Below are positions 9,341 through 18,602 of a DNA stretch of 64,000 nt, piece after piece; positions within the stretch are counted from its first letter, which is position 1, and every line of letters starts with the position of its first letter. Origin of the DNA: Vicinamibacteria bacterium. Lineage in GTDB: Bacteria; Acidobacteriota; Vicinamibacteria; Fen-336. The DNA lies in contig JBGPBV010000016.1 of NCBI GenBank assembly GCA_041481445.1, positions 12,432 to 76,431 on the forward strand, read 5' to 3'. The notes below the pieces were generated by a model. It was not told the origin of the DNA and searched no databases. It saw nothing but the letters and a program-made list of their open reading frames with translations. Made by a program: the position numbers and the translations under genes.

Positions 9341-11131
9341 ATGTCCGCTCCCCGGATGCGCTTTCGCCTGAAGGGGCAGGTCGACGACCTGCCCCGCACG
9401 TTCCTGCTGTTCGCGGACGGAGAGACGCGGGTCGGCAGCGCGCCCACCAACGACGTCGTCCTGCCGCAGGCCGGGGTGTCCCGCCGGCACGCCGTCCTCC
9501 GGGCCTGCGAGGGGGGCTTCGAGGTCACCGACCTCGAGAGCAAGAACGGCGTCCACGTCAACGGCGTGCGCACCGCCTCCGCGGTCCTGGCCGCCGGCGA
9601 CGAGGTACGCTTCGGATCCGTCTCGCTGGTCCTCGATCCGATCGACGAGGCCGACGTCGAGCTGGCGCTCGCCCTCGACGGTCGGGTCCCGGCGGCGCGG
9701 GCGCGTGAAGCGGCGGAGCGCGCCACCGAGACGTGGGCGGGCGCGGAGCCTGTGGACGCGCTCGCGGTCGTCGAGCACCTGCTGGGCCGGTTGCGCGGCG
9801 GTCCCGCCGCCCTGGGGGATGCGCTCACCCGCCTCGTCGAAGAGGCCGGCCTGCAGGGCTGCTGCATCGCCGAGGTCCAGGAAGGCTCGCCGGTCGTGGT
9901 CGCGGCCGCGGGCACGCTACAGGCGGTGGACGAGACGCGAGTGCTCGCCGCCGTGCAGGGCGCGGAGGGGCCGGACGCGACTTCCGGCGTGCTGGCCGGC
10001 GCTCCCGACCTCGTGTGGTCCGCGATGCCCGGCCATCCGCCCCGCGTCGCCCTCGCCTGGGGCGGTCGCCGCGCGGCTTCCCTGGAGCCGGTCCTCCGCA
10101 TCCTGGTGCAGGCCGCGGCCTGGCCGGAGGCGGCGCCCCGACGCAGACACGCGGCGCCGGAGCCTCCGCGCCCGCTCGTGTTCCCCACCCACTACGTCCG
10201 CGGGACGTCGCGTCCCATGATGGCGCTGTACGCCCTCATGGAGCCCATCGCCAACACCGGCCTGCCCGTCCTCCTCATCGGCGAGACGGGGGCGGGCAAG
10301 GAGGACGTGGCGCGCGCCCTGCACTTGTCGTCGGCGCGCGTGGGCGGCCCCTTCGTCCCCGTGAACTGCGCGGCCATCCCGTCCGAGCTCCTCGAGGCGG
10401 AGCTGTTCGGCGTCGGCAAGGGCGCGGCCACGGGGGTGGCGCCGCGGACGGGGCGCTTCCAGGCCGCCCACGGCGGTACGCTGTTCCTGGACGAGATCGG
10501 CGAGCTCGGCCTCCCCCTCCAGGCCAAGCTGCTGCGCGCGCTGGAGAGCGGCGAGGTGGAGCCGCTGGCCGCCGCCCCCGTGCGCGTCGACCTGCGCATC
10601 GTGGCCGCCACCAACGTCGACGTCGCGACGCGCATCGAGGCCGGCCAGTTCCGTGCCGACCTCTACTATCGCCTGAGCGGAGCCGTCCTGCGGATCCCAC
10701 CCCTGCGCGAGCGGCGGGGGGACATCCCCACCCTGATCGACGGGATCCTCCGCCCGCTCGCGGTCGCCTCCGGCAAGCCCGTCCGAGGCGTGACCGCCAA
10801 GGCCCTGGTCGCCCTCGTCGACTACGACTGGCCCGGCAACGTCCGCGAGCTGGTGCACGAGATGCACCGCCTGTTCCACGGCTGCCCGGCCGGGGAGGCC
10901 GTGGAATTCGGCATGCTCCGCGACGATATCCGGGCGGGACCCCGCGCCGCGCGGAGAGCGCCGGACGGAGGCTCCCTGGAGCTGCAGCCCCAGGTCGACG
11001 CCCTCGAGGGCCGCCTCATCCAGGAGGCGCTCGCGCGGAGCGGCGGCAACCGGACGGAGGCCGCGAAGCTGCTGGGCATCTCGCGCAACGGCCTCGCTCT
11101 CAAGATCACGCGGCTCGGGCTCGACGCCTGA
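9341..11131 (+). CDS. FHA-domain sigma-54-dependent transcriptional activator (bacterial enhancer-binding protein)
   Basis: N-terminal FHA domain (GSAPTNDVVL...VSRRHAVL...SKNGVHVNG). Central AAA+ sigma-54 interaction domain (GETGAGKE Walker A, GAFTGA-like GKGAATGV, DEIGEL). C-terminal Fis-type HTH. Confidence 0.85.
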   Translation: MSAPRMRFRLKGQVDDLPRTFLLFADGETRVGSAPTNDVVLPQAGVSRRHAVLRACEGGFEVTDLESKNGVHVNGVRTASAVLAAGDEVRFGSVSLVLDPIDEADVELALALDGRVPAARAREAAERATETWAGAEPVDALAVVEHLLGRLRGGPAALGDALTRLVEEAGLQGCCIAEVQEGSPVVVAAAGTLQAVDETRVLAAVQGAEGPDATSGVLAGAPDLVWSAMPGHPPRVALAWGGRRAASLEPVLRILVQAAAWPEAAPRRRHAAPEPPRPLVFPTHYVRGTSRPMMALYALMEPIANTGLPVLLIGETGAGKEDVARALHLSSARVGGPFVPVNCAAIPSELLEAELFGVGKGAATGVAPRTGRFQAAHGGTLFLDEIGELGLPLQAKLLRALESGEVEPLAAAPVRVDLRIVAATNVDVATRIEAGQFRADLYYRLSGAVLRIPPLRERRGDIPTLIDGILRPLAVASGKPVRGVTAKALVALVDYDWPGNVRELVHEMHRLFHGCPAGEAVEFGMLRDDIRAGPRAARRAPDGGSLELQPQVDALEGRLIQEALARSGGNRTEAAKLLGISRNGLALKITRLGLDA

Positions 11132-11144
11132 AGGCGGGCCGCGT

Positions 11145-13277
11145 TCAGCGGCCGCGACTGCTCCGGCGGCTACGGTCGTGCGTCCAGCGCCAGGACGATC
11201 GGATCAGCTCGTCGCGTACCTCCATCACGCCGCGGCGCGCCGGGAGCGGCGCGGCCACGGCCCCGATGAGCGGGAAGAGGGCATCCCGGATCGCCGCCGG
11301 CAGCACCTGGTCGAGATATTCGAGGGCGGTCCCCCGCAAGGCCGCGTCGTGGCCGCGTACGGCGCGGCGCGCGATGTCGATCGGCTCTCCCTCCCGGGCC
11401 AGGGCCAGGATCGTGAAGACGTGGTCGAGCCGGATCGGGTCCGCGTGCCCTCCGAGCTCCTCCATCTCACGCTGCGCCGCCGCGAACGCCCGATCCGCGG
11501 GGACGGCCAGCCCCGCGCGCTGGCGTAGCCGGAGGAGGGCCGCCCCCGAGCGGTAGCGCACGTCGAAACGCTCGCATTCCAGGCCGGCGAGCAGGCCGTC
11601 GGCGGCGCGCCGGGTCGGAGCGGAGGCCAGCACGCGCGCGGCGCGCCGGCGGATCACGGGGTCCACCGCGGGGTCGAGCAACGCATCCACGAGCTGGCCG
11701 GTGAACCGGGACGCGGCCGGCCGCAAGGCGGGGACCACGTCCTTGAAGAGGTCGTCCCGCCGCAGCAGAGGCAGGGCGGCGGCGACGGCGGTCGCGTCCG
11801 AGAGGCCGAGCGCGAGGGCGGCGCGGATCCGGACGGGATCGCTCGAGCGCAGGTCGGCCACCTGACTCCCTTTCGGCTCCTCCTCCGCCGCCGCCGCCGG
11901 CACCGTCTCCTCCCGTCCGGCCTCTTCGCGCCCGGCGCTCTCCACCGCCCGCTGGGTCGTGGAATCCACGACCTCCTCCTGCTCGAGCCGGACCACGCCG
12001 CGGCGGAGGCTCTCCACCAGGGCCGTCACGTACGCGCGGTGGAAGCGCCACGTGACGGCCAGCATGGCCAGGGCCGCCGCCGTCGCCAGCAGGGCCAGCG
12101 CCCGGCCCACATGAGGACCGGCCACGACGAGGGCGAGGGCAGTGGCTCCGCTCCCCGCGAGCGTGCCCAGGCGGTCGGCGCCGACGTCGATCCAGGGCTT
12201 GGCCGGCCGCTTGAGGGTGTGGGGCAGGGGCGTGTAGAGCAGCTCGTAGGAAGAGCGGAACGTGGAATTCCTCAGGACGGCCTCCGCACCGCGGAGCAGG
12301 ACCATGACGTTCATGCGCGGGATCACGCTGGCCACGCCCGCGAGGAGGGCCACGACCAGTGGATGCGTGGCCAGCGTGCCGGCCAGGCCGAGCCGCGTGA
12401 GCGATCGCCTCACCAGGGAGGCCTGCACGATCAGCCCGGCCAACCCGGTGAAGGTGTGGAAGGCCGCGAAGAACCCGGCCAACGCCTGGCCTTGGGCAAA
12501 CCGGCCGGCGGCGGCCGCGTTGAACGCGTAGTCCAGGAGCGCCTCCACGAACGCGCAGAGCACCATCAGCGCGGCCAGGGCGCGCAGGTAGGGATCCCGG
12601 GCGAGCCAGGCGAGCGACGGCTCGGACCGCGCCGGCTCCGCGTCCACGCGCGGCGACGGCCCCGGCCGCCCGGCGGCGGGCCGGCTCCGCCCGATCCCGC
12701 GCAGCGCCAGCGCGCACAGCACGAGCAGGCCCGCGAGACCGAGGAGCAGCGTGGGCACGCGGACCAGACGGGACGCGCGCCAGGTCAGGGCCCCCCCGAG
12801 GACGCCGCCCACGCTGGCCCCCGCCCCGATCGTGCCCATGGCCTTCCGGGCCGCGTGCGGGTCGAAGCTCTCGTTGATCAGGGACCAGTACCCGGAGACC
12901 AGAGTGGCCCCGAACGTGGCCACGTGCAGGTAGACGAGGGCGGCCGCCGCCCGCGGCGCGCCCAGGCTCAGCGCCCACTCCAGGGCCAGGAGAAAGGCGC
13001 TCGACCAGAGCATCATGCGCACCACTGCCCCGGGATGGCGGCGGGCGGTGACACGCGACAGCGCGGCCACTGCGATCAGGGAGATCGCGGCGCCGGCGGC
13101 CAGGGCCAGCGGCAGCGTCGTGACCGGGAACTCCGAGAGGAAGAACGCGTCGCGGACGACCTTGGCCGCCACCTGCTGGCCGACCAGGAGCCCCGCGCCC
13201 AGGGCGGCGCGCAGGGCGGTGACCGGACCCGTTTCGGGGCTCGATCCGCCCTCGGCGGCGTCGGCTTCACTGCTCAT
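11145..13277 (-). CDS. polytopic membrane transporter (MFS / ATP:ADP-antiporter-like) fused to C-terminal HEAT/PBS-lyase repeat domain
   Basis: 710 aa. About 12 predicted TM helices in the N-terminal 450 aa. C-terminal repeated D-x-VR-x-AA-x-AL HEAT-like repeats. The transporter-family assignment is from memory and low-confidence. Confidence 0.65.
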   Translation of the reverse strand: MSSEADAAEGGSSPETGPVTALRAALGAGLLVGQQVAAKVVRDAFFLSEFPVTTLPLALAAGAAISLIAVAALSRVTARRHPGAVVRMMLWSSAFLLALEWALSLGAPRAAAALVYLHVATFGATLVSGYWSLINESFDPHAARKAMGTIGAGASVGGVLGGALTWRASRLVRVPTLLLGLAGLLVLCALALRGIGRSRPAAGRPGPSPRVDAEPARSEPSLAWLARDPYLRALAALMVLCAFVEALLDYAFNAAAAGRFAQGQALAGFFAAFHTFTGLAGLIVQASLVRRSLTRLGLAGTLATHPLVVALLAGVASVIPRMNVMVLLRGAEAVLRNSTFRSSYELLYTPLPHTLKRPAKPWIDVGADRLGTLAGSGATALALVVAGPHVGRALALLATAAALAMLAVTWRFHRAYVTALVESLRRGVVRLEQEEVVDSTTQRAVESAGREEAGREETVPAAAAEEEPKGSQVADLRSSDPVRIRAALALGLSDATAVAAALPLLRRDDLFKDVVPALRPAASRFTGQLVDALLDPAVDPVIRRRAARVLASAPTRRAADGLLAGLECERFDVRYRSGAALLRLRQRAGLAVPADRAFAAAQREMEELGGHADPIRLDHVFTILALAREGEPIDIARRAVRGHDAALRGTALEYLDQVLPAAIRDALFPLIGAVAAPLPARRGVMEVRDELIRSSWRWTHDRSRRSSRGR

Positions 13278-13379
13278 GCGCTCCCGTTCCGCGGTACGAT
13301 CAGGCTGCCAAGATCAGCGCATCGTACGCCCGCCGGCCTCCTCGGCCACGGCCCGCGGGCCAGCGTGGGAGCGGGAGCC

Positions 13380-16300
13380 ATGCCCTCCACGGATCCCGAA
13401 TCGTTCGCGGGGACCGAACGATTCGCCGTCCAGCGCCGCCTGGGTGCGGGGTCGTTCGGCGTCGTCTACGAGGCCTTCGACCGCCAGCGGAACACGCGCG
13501 TCGCGCTCAAGACCCTGCGCGTGGGCACGGGCCGCACCCTCTATCGTTTCAAGCAGGAGTTCCGGGCCCTGACCGACGTGTCTCATCCGAACCTGGTGAC
13601 CCTCTACGAGCTGCTGGCGGAGGGTGACCAGTGGTTCTTCACGATGGAGCACATCGACGGCGTGACCTTCCTGCAGCACGTGCGGGGCAGCGAGGGCGGG
13701 ACCTTCTCGAGCGGGTTCTCGTCCCCCACCACCCCGGCGCTGGAGGCGCTGCTCCGGCCGCGCGGGTCGCCGGGATCCTCCGCGTCCACGGCGGGGTCCT
13801 CGGAATCGACTCCGGACGACGAGCCCGAGCCGCCGCCCGACCGGGTGCCCGATCCGCGGCCGGCGCTGCCGCCGATTCCAGCCGGGATGTCGGGCGCGGT
13901 CTTCACCGACCGCCTTCGCGCCGCCCTCGCCCAGCTCGCGGAGGGCGTCGGGGCCCTGCACTCCGCGGGCAAGCTCCACCGCGACATCAAGCCCTCGAAC
14001 GTGCTCGTCACCGGGGCCGGGCGGGTGGTGCTGCTCGATTTCGGCCTCATCCGCGAGCTGCGACCGGACGTCACCTACACCGTCGAGACCGCGGGCACCC
14101 CCGCCTACATGTCGCCCGAGCAGGCGGCGGAGCGCCCGCTGAGCGAGTCCAGCGACTGGTACAGCGTGGGGGTCATGCTGTACGAGGCGCTCACCGGAAA
14201 CCTTCCGTTCACGGGGGCCACCCTGCAGGTCCTCCGCCGCAAGCAGCTCGACGAGCCACCGCCGCCCTCCACCGTGGTCCCGGACGTCCCCGAGGACCTC
14301 GACGTCCTGTGCCAGGGTCTCTTGCGCCGCGCGCCCGGGCAGCGGCCGTCCGGGGCGGAGGTGCTCCGGCGGCTCCGCCGCGATGCCGTCGCCGCCGAGG
14401 TCACGTCGCCGCCGCCCCTCTCCGCGCCCTCCGCGGGAGTTCCCTTCGTCGGCCGGACGGGCGAGCTCGCGCGGCTCCACGAGGCCTACGCCGTCCTGCG
14501 CAGCGGACGCGCCATCACCGTGACCGTGCACGGCGGATCCGGCATGGGCAAGACGGCCCTGGTCCGGTCGTTCCTCGACGAGGTGCGCGGGCAGAGTCCG
14601 CCGCCGGTGATCCTCTCCGGCCGCTGCTACGAGCGCGAATCGGTCCCCTACAAGGCCTTCGACAGCGTCGTGGACGCGCTGAGCCAGCACCTGCGCCGCC
14701 TCTCGCCGGCCACCGTCGAGGCCCTCCTGCCCCACGACCTGTCGGCGCTGGTGCGCCTGTTCCCGGTGCTGCGACAGGTGCGCGGAGTAGGCACGCAGCG
14801 GCCCCCGCCGGAGATCCCGGACTCCTACGAGCGGCGCCGGCGGGCCTTCGCCGCCTTGCGCGAGCTGTTCGTGCGGCTGGCCGATCGCTACCCGGTCGTG
14901 GTCGTGATGGACGACCTGCATTGGGGCGACGTGGACAGCGCGGCCCTGCTCACCGGGCTCATGGAGCCGCCGGACGCGCCGGCCGTGCTGATCATCGGGT
15001 GCTATCGGACGGAAGAGGCCACGACCAGCCCCCTGTTGTCCGTGCTCCTTCCCCTGCGCGACCTCCCGGCGGCGGCCCCCCTCGTGAAGATGGACATCCC
15101 GCTCGGGGAGCTGGGACCGGAGGAGGCGCGCGCGCTGGCCCGCGAGCTGCTCGGGCACCGTCCCCAGGCCACCGATCGCACGGAGGCGATCGTCCGCGAA
15201 GCACAGGGGAACCCGTTCCTGGTGGACGCCCTGTCCCGATTCTCGGCCGACGAGACCTCGGGCCTGGCCGTCGACGAGTTGATCTGGCGCCGCGTCCGCG
15301 AGATGCCCGAAGCCGCGCGGCGGCTCCTGGCCGTGGTGGCCACGGCCGGCCGGCCGATCGAGCTCGGGGTGGCCGTGCAGGCGGCCGGTCTCGAGGGCGA
15401 GGGCGACGCCGCGCTGGCCGCCCTGCGCTCCGTCCACTTCGTCCGCACCCGCCGGAGCTCGGCCTGGGAAGAGGTCGAGCCCTATCACGACCGCATCCGG
15501 TCCGCCGTCACCGCCGGCCTGCCCCCGGACGAGACGCGCCACGTCCACGAGCGGCTCGCCACCGCGCTCCTCGCCTCCCGTCGGGCGGATCCCGAGCGGC
15601 TGGCCGAGCACTTCCGGGAGGCCGGACACCTCGAGGAGGCCGCCGACTACGCGGCCGCCGCCGCCGACGCTGCCGCGGAAGCGCTCGCCTTCGAGCGCGC
15701 GGCCCGCCTGTATCGGCTGTCGCTGAACCTGGTCGCGCATCCCCGGCCCCAGGACCAGCGGCTGCGGGTCCTTCTCGGCCACGCCCTCGCCAATGCGGGG
15801 CGCGGCCGCGAGTCCGCCGAGGCCTACCTGGCGGCGGTGGCGGGCGTGACCGACGCCTCCGAGCGGATCGATCTCCAGAGGCGGGCGGCCCAGCAGCTCC
15901 TCATGGCGGGGCATGTCGAGGCCGGGGACCGCCTGGTCGGCACCGTCCTGGACGCCGTGGGCATCTCCCGGCCCCGCACCACGCGCCAGGCCCTGGTCTC
16001 GCTGGTCCTGCGCCGCGCCTTCCTCTTCGTGCGTTGCTTCCCGCGCGCGTGGTTCCGCGAGCGCGAGGAGGCGCGGGTCCCCGCCCGCGACCTCCTCCGC
16101 ATCGACACCTGCTGGTCGATGGCGGTCGGCTTGGGGCTCATCGACATGATCCGGGCCGCGGAGTTCCACGCGCGCAGCCTGCAGCTCGCCCTGCGGGCGG
16201 GCGAGCCGTACCGCGTCGCCCGCGGGCTGGCCCTGGAGGCGGTGTTCGTGGGCGTGGGCGGGACGAGGACCCGCCATCGCGTGGATCGCCTGCTCGGCGA

Positions 16301-17264
16301 GGCCAACGCCCTGGCCTCGAAGCTGGGGCACGAGCACGCGCACGGAGTGGCGGCCATGGCGGACGGGATCTGCGCCTGGGTCCAGGGGCGCTGGAAGGAC
16401 GCACGGCGCCTGTGCGACGAAGCGACGGCCCTCCTGCGCGGGCAGCGCACGGGCGCGACCTGGGAGGCGGACAACGCGGAGATGTACGCGCTGGCGTCCC
16501 TGTTCATGCTGGGCGAAGTGACGGAGCTGTCGCGACGGCTGCCCCGGCTGCTCGAGCGCGCGGAGGACCGCGGCAACCTGATGATGGCCACCAGCCTCCG
16601 GCTGGGCGGCTTCTTCGCCCACATCGCCTGGCTGGCCGCCGACGATCCGGACGGCGCCCGGCGCGAGCTCGAGAGGGGGCTGGCCGCGTCCACCGAGGGC
16701 AAGTTCGACTTCCGGCACATCTGGGCGCGCGGGGCGCGGCGGGACATCGCCCTCTACACGGGCGTCGGGCTCGAGGCGACTGCTCCCATCGCCGAGGGCT
16801 GGCGGCGGGCGGCCCGGCTGCTCGACCGCTTCCCGCAGGCCGGCCTCATCCTCGGGATGTTCTCTCGCGCCCGGCGGCGGCTGGCCCTGGCCGCGGCCGC
16901 CGCCGATCCCGACGCCGTCGGCCCGCACCTCGAGCAGGCGGATCGACACGCGCGCGACATGCAGCGGCACCGGACGCGGTGGGGCGACGCGCTCGCGTTG
17001 CTCGTGCGGGCCGGAGCCTCCAGCATCCGTGGCCACCGCGAGCGCGCGATCGCGGAGGCCGCGGAGGCGGAGTCGCGTCTGGAGGCAGCGGACATGGCCC
17101 TCCACGCGGCGGCGGCCAGGCACGGCCGGGGCGAAGCGATCGGGGGCGAGGCCGGACGCGCCCTGGTCACGGAGGCGGAGGCCTGGATGACCGGCCAGTC
17201 CATCCGCCGTCCGGACCGCATGGCCCGCATGCTCGCCCCGGGAGCGTGGCGCAGGCCGAGCTAG
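13380..17264 (+). CDS. serine/threonine protein kinase with AAA_16-type ATPase and TPR-like helical C-terminal region (PknK/STAND-like)
   Basis: ATG at 13380. Hanks kinase motifs: GAGSFGVV, VALK, HRDIKPSNVL, DFG, TPAYMSPE. After a Pro-rich linker comes a P-loop (GGSGMGKTALV), then about 650 aa of alpha-helical repeats. ORFs 13314..17309(-) and 13631..17632(+) are frame artefacts. Confidence 0.85.
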   Translation: MPSTDPESFAGTERFAVQRRLGAGSFGVVYEAFDRQRNTRVALKTLRVGTGRTLYRFKQEFRALTDVSHPNLVTLYELLAEGDQWFFTMEHIDGVTFLQHVRGSEGGTFSSGFSSPTTPALEALLRPRGSPGSSASTAGSSESTPDDEPEPPPDRVPDPRPALPPIPAGMSGAVFTDRLRAALAQLAEGVGALHSAGKLHRDIKPSNVLVTGAGRVVLLDFGLIRELRPDVTYTVETAGTPAYMSPEQAAERPLSESSDWYSVGVMLYEALTGNLPFTGATLQVLRRKQLDEPPPPSTVVPDVPEDLDVLCQGLLRRAPGQRPSGAEVLRRLRRDAVAAEVTSPPPLSAPSAGVPFVGRTGELARLHEAYAVLRSGRAITVTVHGGSGMGKTALVRSFLDEVRGQSPPPVILSGRCYERESVPYKAFDSVVDALSQHLRRLSPATVEALLPHDLSALVRLFPVLRQVRGVGTQRPPPEIPDSYERRRRAFAALRELFVRLADRYPVVVVMDDLHWGDVDSAALLTGLMEPPDAPAVLIIGCYRTEEATTSPLLSVLLPLRDLPAAAPLVKMDIPLGELGPEEARALARELLGHRPQATDRTEAIVREAQGNPFLVDALSRFSADETSGLAVDELIWRRVREMPEAARRLLAVVATAGRPIELGVAVQAAGLEGEGDAALAALRSVHFVRTRRSSAWEEVEPYHDRIRSAVTAGLPPDETRHVHERLATALLASRRADPERLAEHFREAGHLEEAADYAAAAADAAAEALAFERAARLYRLSLNLVAHPRPQDQRLRVLLGHALANAGRGRESAEAYLAAVAGVTDASERIDLQRRAAQQLLMAGHVEAGDRLVGTVLDAVGISRPRTTRQALVSLVLRRAFLFVRCFPRAWFREREEARVPARDLLRIDTCWSMAVGLGLIDMIRAAEFHARSLQLALRAGEPYRVARGLALEAVFVGVGGTRTRHRVDRLLGEANALASKLGHEHAHGVAAMADGICAWVQGRWKDARRLCDEATALLRGQRTGATWEADNAEMYALASLFMLGEVTELSRRLPRLLERAEDRGNLMMATSLRLGGFFAHIAWLAADDPDGARRELERGLAASTEGKFDFRHIWARGARRDIALYTGVGLEATAPIAEGWRRAARLLDRFPQAGLILGMFSRARRRLALAAAAADPDAVGPHLEQADRHARDMQRHRTRWGDALALLVRAGASSIRGHRERAIAEAAEAESRLEAADMALHAAAARHGRGEAIGGEAGRALVTEAEAWMTGQSIRRPDRMARMLAPGAWRRPS

Positions 17265-17289
17265 CCGTCTCCGGCGGCCGACCTCCGCG

Positions 17290-17445
17290 CGTGCCTTCGT
17301 CCGTGGCACGGTCCACCGCCGCCACCACCGCCGCGGGGGCCTCTTCGAACAGGAAGTGGCCTGCGCTCGGCACCGTCTCCAGCTGGAACGAAGGAAGGCC
17401 GTCCGCGAGCCGCCGGATGTCCGCTTCGGTGATGGCGGTCGGCGG
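17290..17445 (-). pseudogene. C-terminal fragment of an alpha/beta hydrolase (about 50 codons)
   Basis: Minus-frame peptide ...ADIRRLADGLPSFQLETVPSAGHFLFEEAPAAVVAAVDRA matches the typical alpha/beta-hydrolase C-terminus. The upstream frame is Arg-rich junk with no start. Confidence 0.35.
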
Positions 17446-17632
17446 CCGCGCCGACCTCGCCGCGCGCGTTCCCGGCCTGTGGGACCTGCTGACGCACGAC
17501 AACCCCTTCTCGTCCGAGCGCGCGCGGCGTGAGCTAGGATGGTCGCCCGTCATCCCGCCCTCGGAAGGCCTCCCGGAGGCGTTCCGCTGGTGGCACGACC
17601 ACCGGTCCCGCCGGCAGAGAGAGGAGCACTGA
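17428..17632 (+). pseudogene. C-terminal fragment of an NAD-dependent epimerase/dehydratase (about 65 codons)
   Basis: ...NPFSSERARRELGWSPVIPPSEGLPEAFRWW... matches the canonical epimerase C-terminus. No upstream coding frame. Confidence 0.35.
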
Positions 17633-17635
17633 GAC

Positions 17636-18544
17636 ATGCCTCGTGCCTTGACCCTGATCACCGTTCCGATCACCGTCGCCATCGCCCTGGCCGCCCCCGC
17701 GGCCGCGTCCGAGGACCTGCGCGCCCCCGGGGCGAAGGTCGAGAAGCTGGCCGGAGATTTCTCGTTCACCGAGGGCCCGACCGCCGACGCCGCCGGCAAC
17801 GTCTTCTTCACCGACCAGCCGGGCGACCGGATCATGAAGTGGGGCGTGGACGGAAAGCTCACGACCTTCCTCCAGCCCGCGGGACGCAGCAACGGCATGT
17901 ATTTCGACCGCGCCGGGAACCTCATCGCCTGCGCGGACGAGAAGAACGCGCTCTGGTCCATCGGCAAGGACGGCCAGATCACGGTGATCTGGACGGAGTA
18001 CCAGGGCAAGAAGCTGAACGGGCCCAACGACGTCTGGGTCCATCCGAGCGGCAGCCTCTACTTCACCGACCCCTTCTACAAGCGGCCATGGTGGTCACAC
18101 GACGCGCCGCCGCAGGACGGCCAGCACGTCTATCGCCTGTCCGCCGATCGCAAGACGATCACGCGCGTGACGAGCGACCTCGAGCAGCCCAACGGCATCA
18201 TCGGCTCGCCCGACGGCAAGACGCTGTACGTGGCGGACATCAAGGCCGGCAAGACCTACGCCTACGACATCCAGGCGGACGGCAGCCTTGCCGGCAAGCG
18301 GCTGCGCGCCGCGCTCGGCTCCGACGGGATGACCCTGGACGACAAAGGCAACCTGTACCTGACCGGCAAGGGCGTGCACGTGTTCGACAAGACGGGCGCG
18401 GAGATCCAGGTCTTCGACATCCCCGAGGACTGGACGGCGAACGTGAGCTTCGGCGGGGCCGGCCACCGCACGCTGTTCATCACCGCCAGCAAGGGGCTCT
18501 ACGCGGTCCGGCTGCGGGTCAAGGGCGCGAACGCGGCCAAGTAG
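17636..18544 (+). CDS. SMP-30/gluconolactonase/LRE-family beta-propeller hydrolase, secreted
   Basis: Signal peptide. Family motifs FTEGPTADAAGNVFFTD and NGPNDV. Confidence 0.85.
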   Translation: MPRALTLITVPITVAIALAAPAAASEDLRAPGAKVEKLAGDFSFTEGPTADAAGNVFFTDQPGDRIMKWGVDGKLTTFLQPAGRSNGMYFDRAGNLIACADEKNALWSIGKDGQITVIWTEYQGKKLNGPNDVWVHPSGSLYFTDPFYKRPWWSHDAPPQDGQHVYRLSADRKTITRVTSDLEQPNGIIGSPDGKTLYVADIKAGKTYAYDIQADGSLAGKRLRAALGSDGMTLDDKGNLYLTGKGVHVFDKTGAEIQVFDIPEDWTANVSFGGAGHRTLFITASKGLYAVRLRVKGANAAK

Positions 18545-18602
18545 GCCTCGCCCCTTCGGAGACGTCCGCCGGCGGATGTAGACTCGTACCGGAGATCGGG
18601 CC

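Noticed and set aside
13314-17632. Very long alternative-frame ORFs (13314..17309 minus, 1331 aa; 13631..17632 plus, 1333 aa) overlapping the kinase gene
   Set aside because: Arg/Gly/Pro-dominated composition typical of off-frame translation of 70% GC coding DNA. The 13380..17264 frame carries all the kinase, P-loop and helical-repeat motifs.
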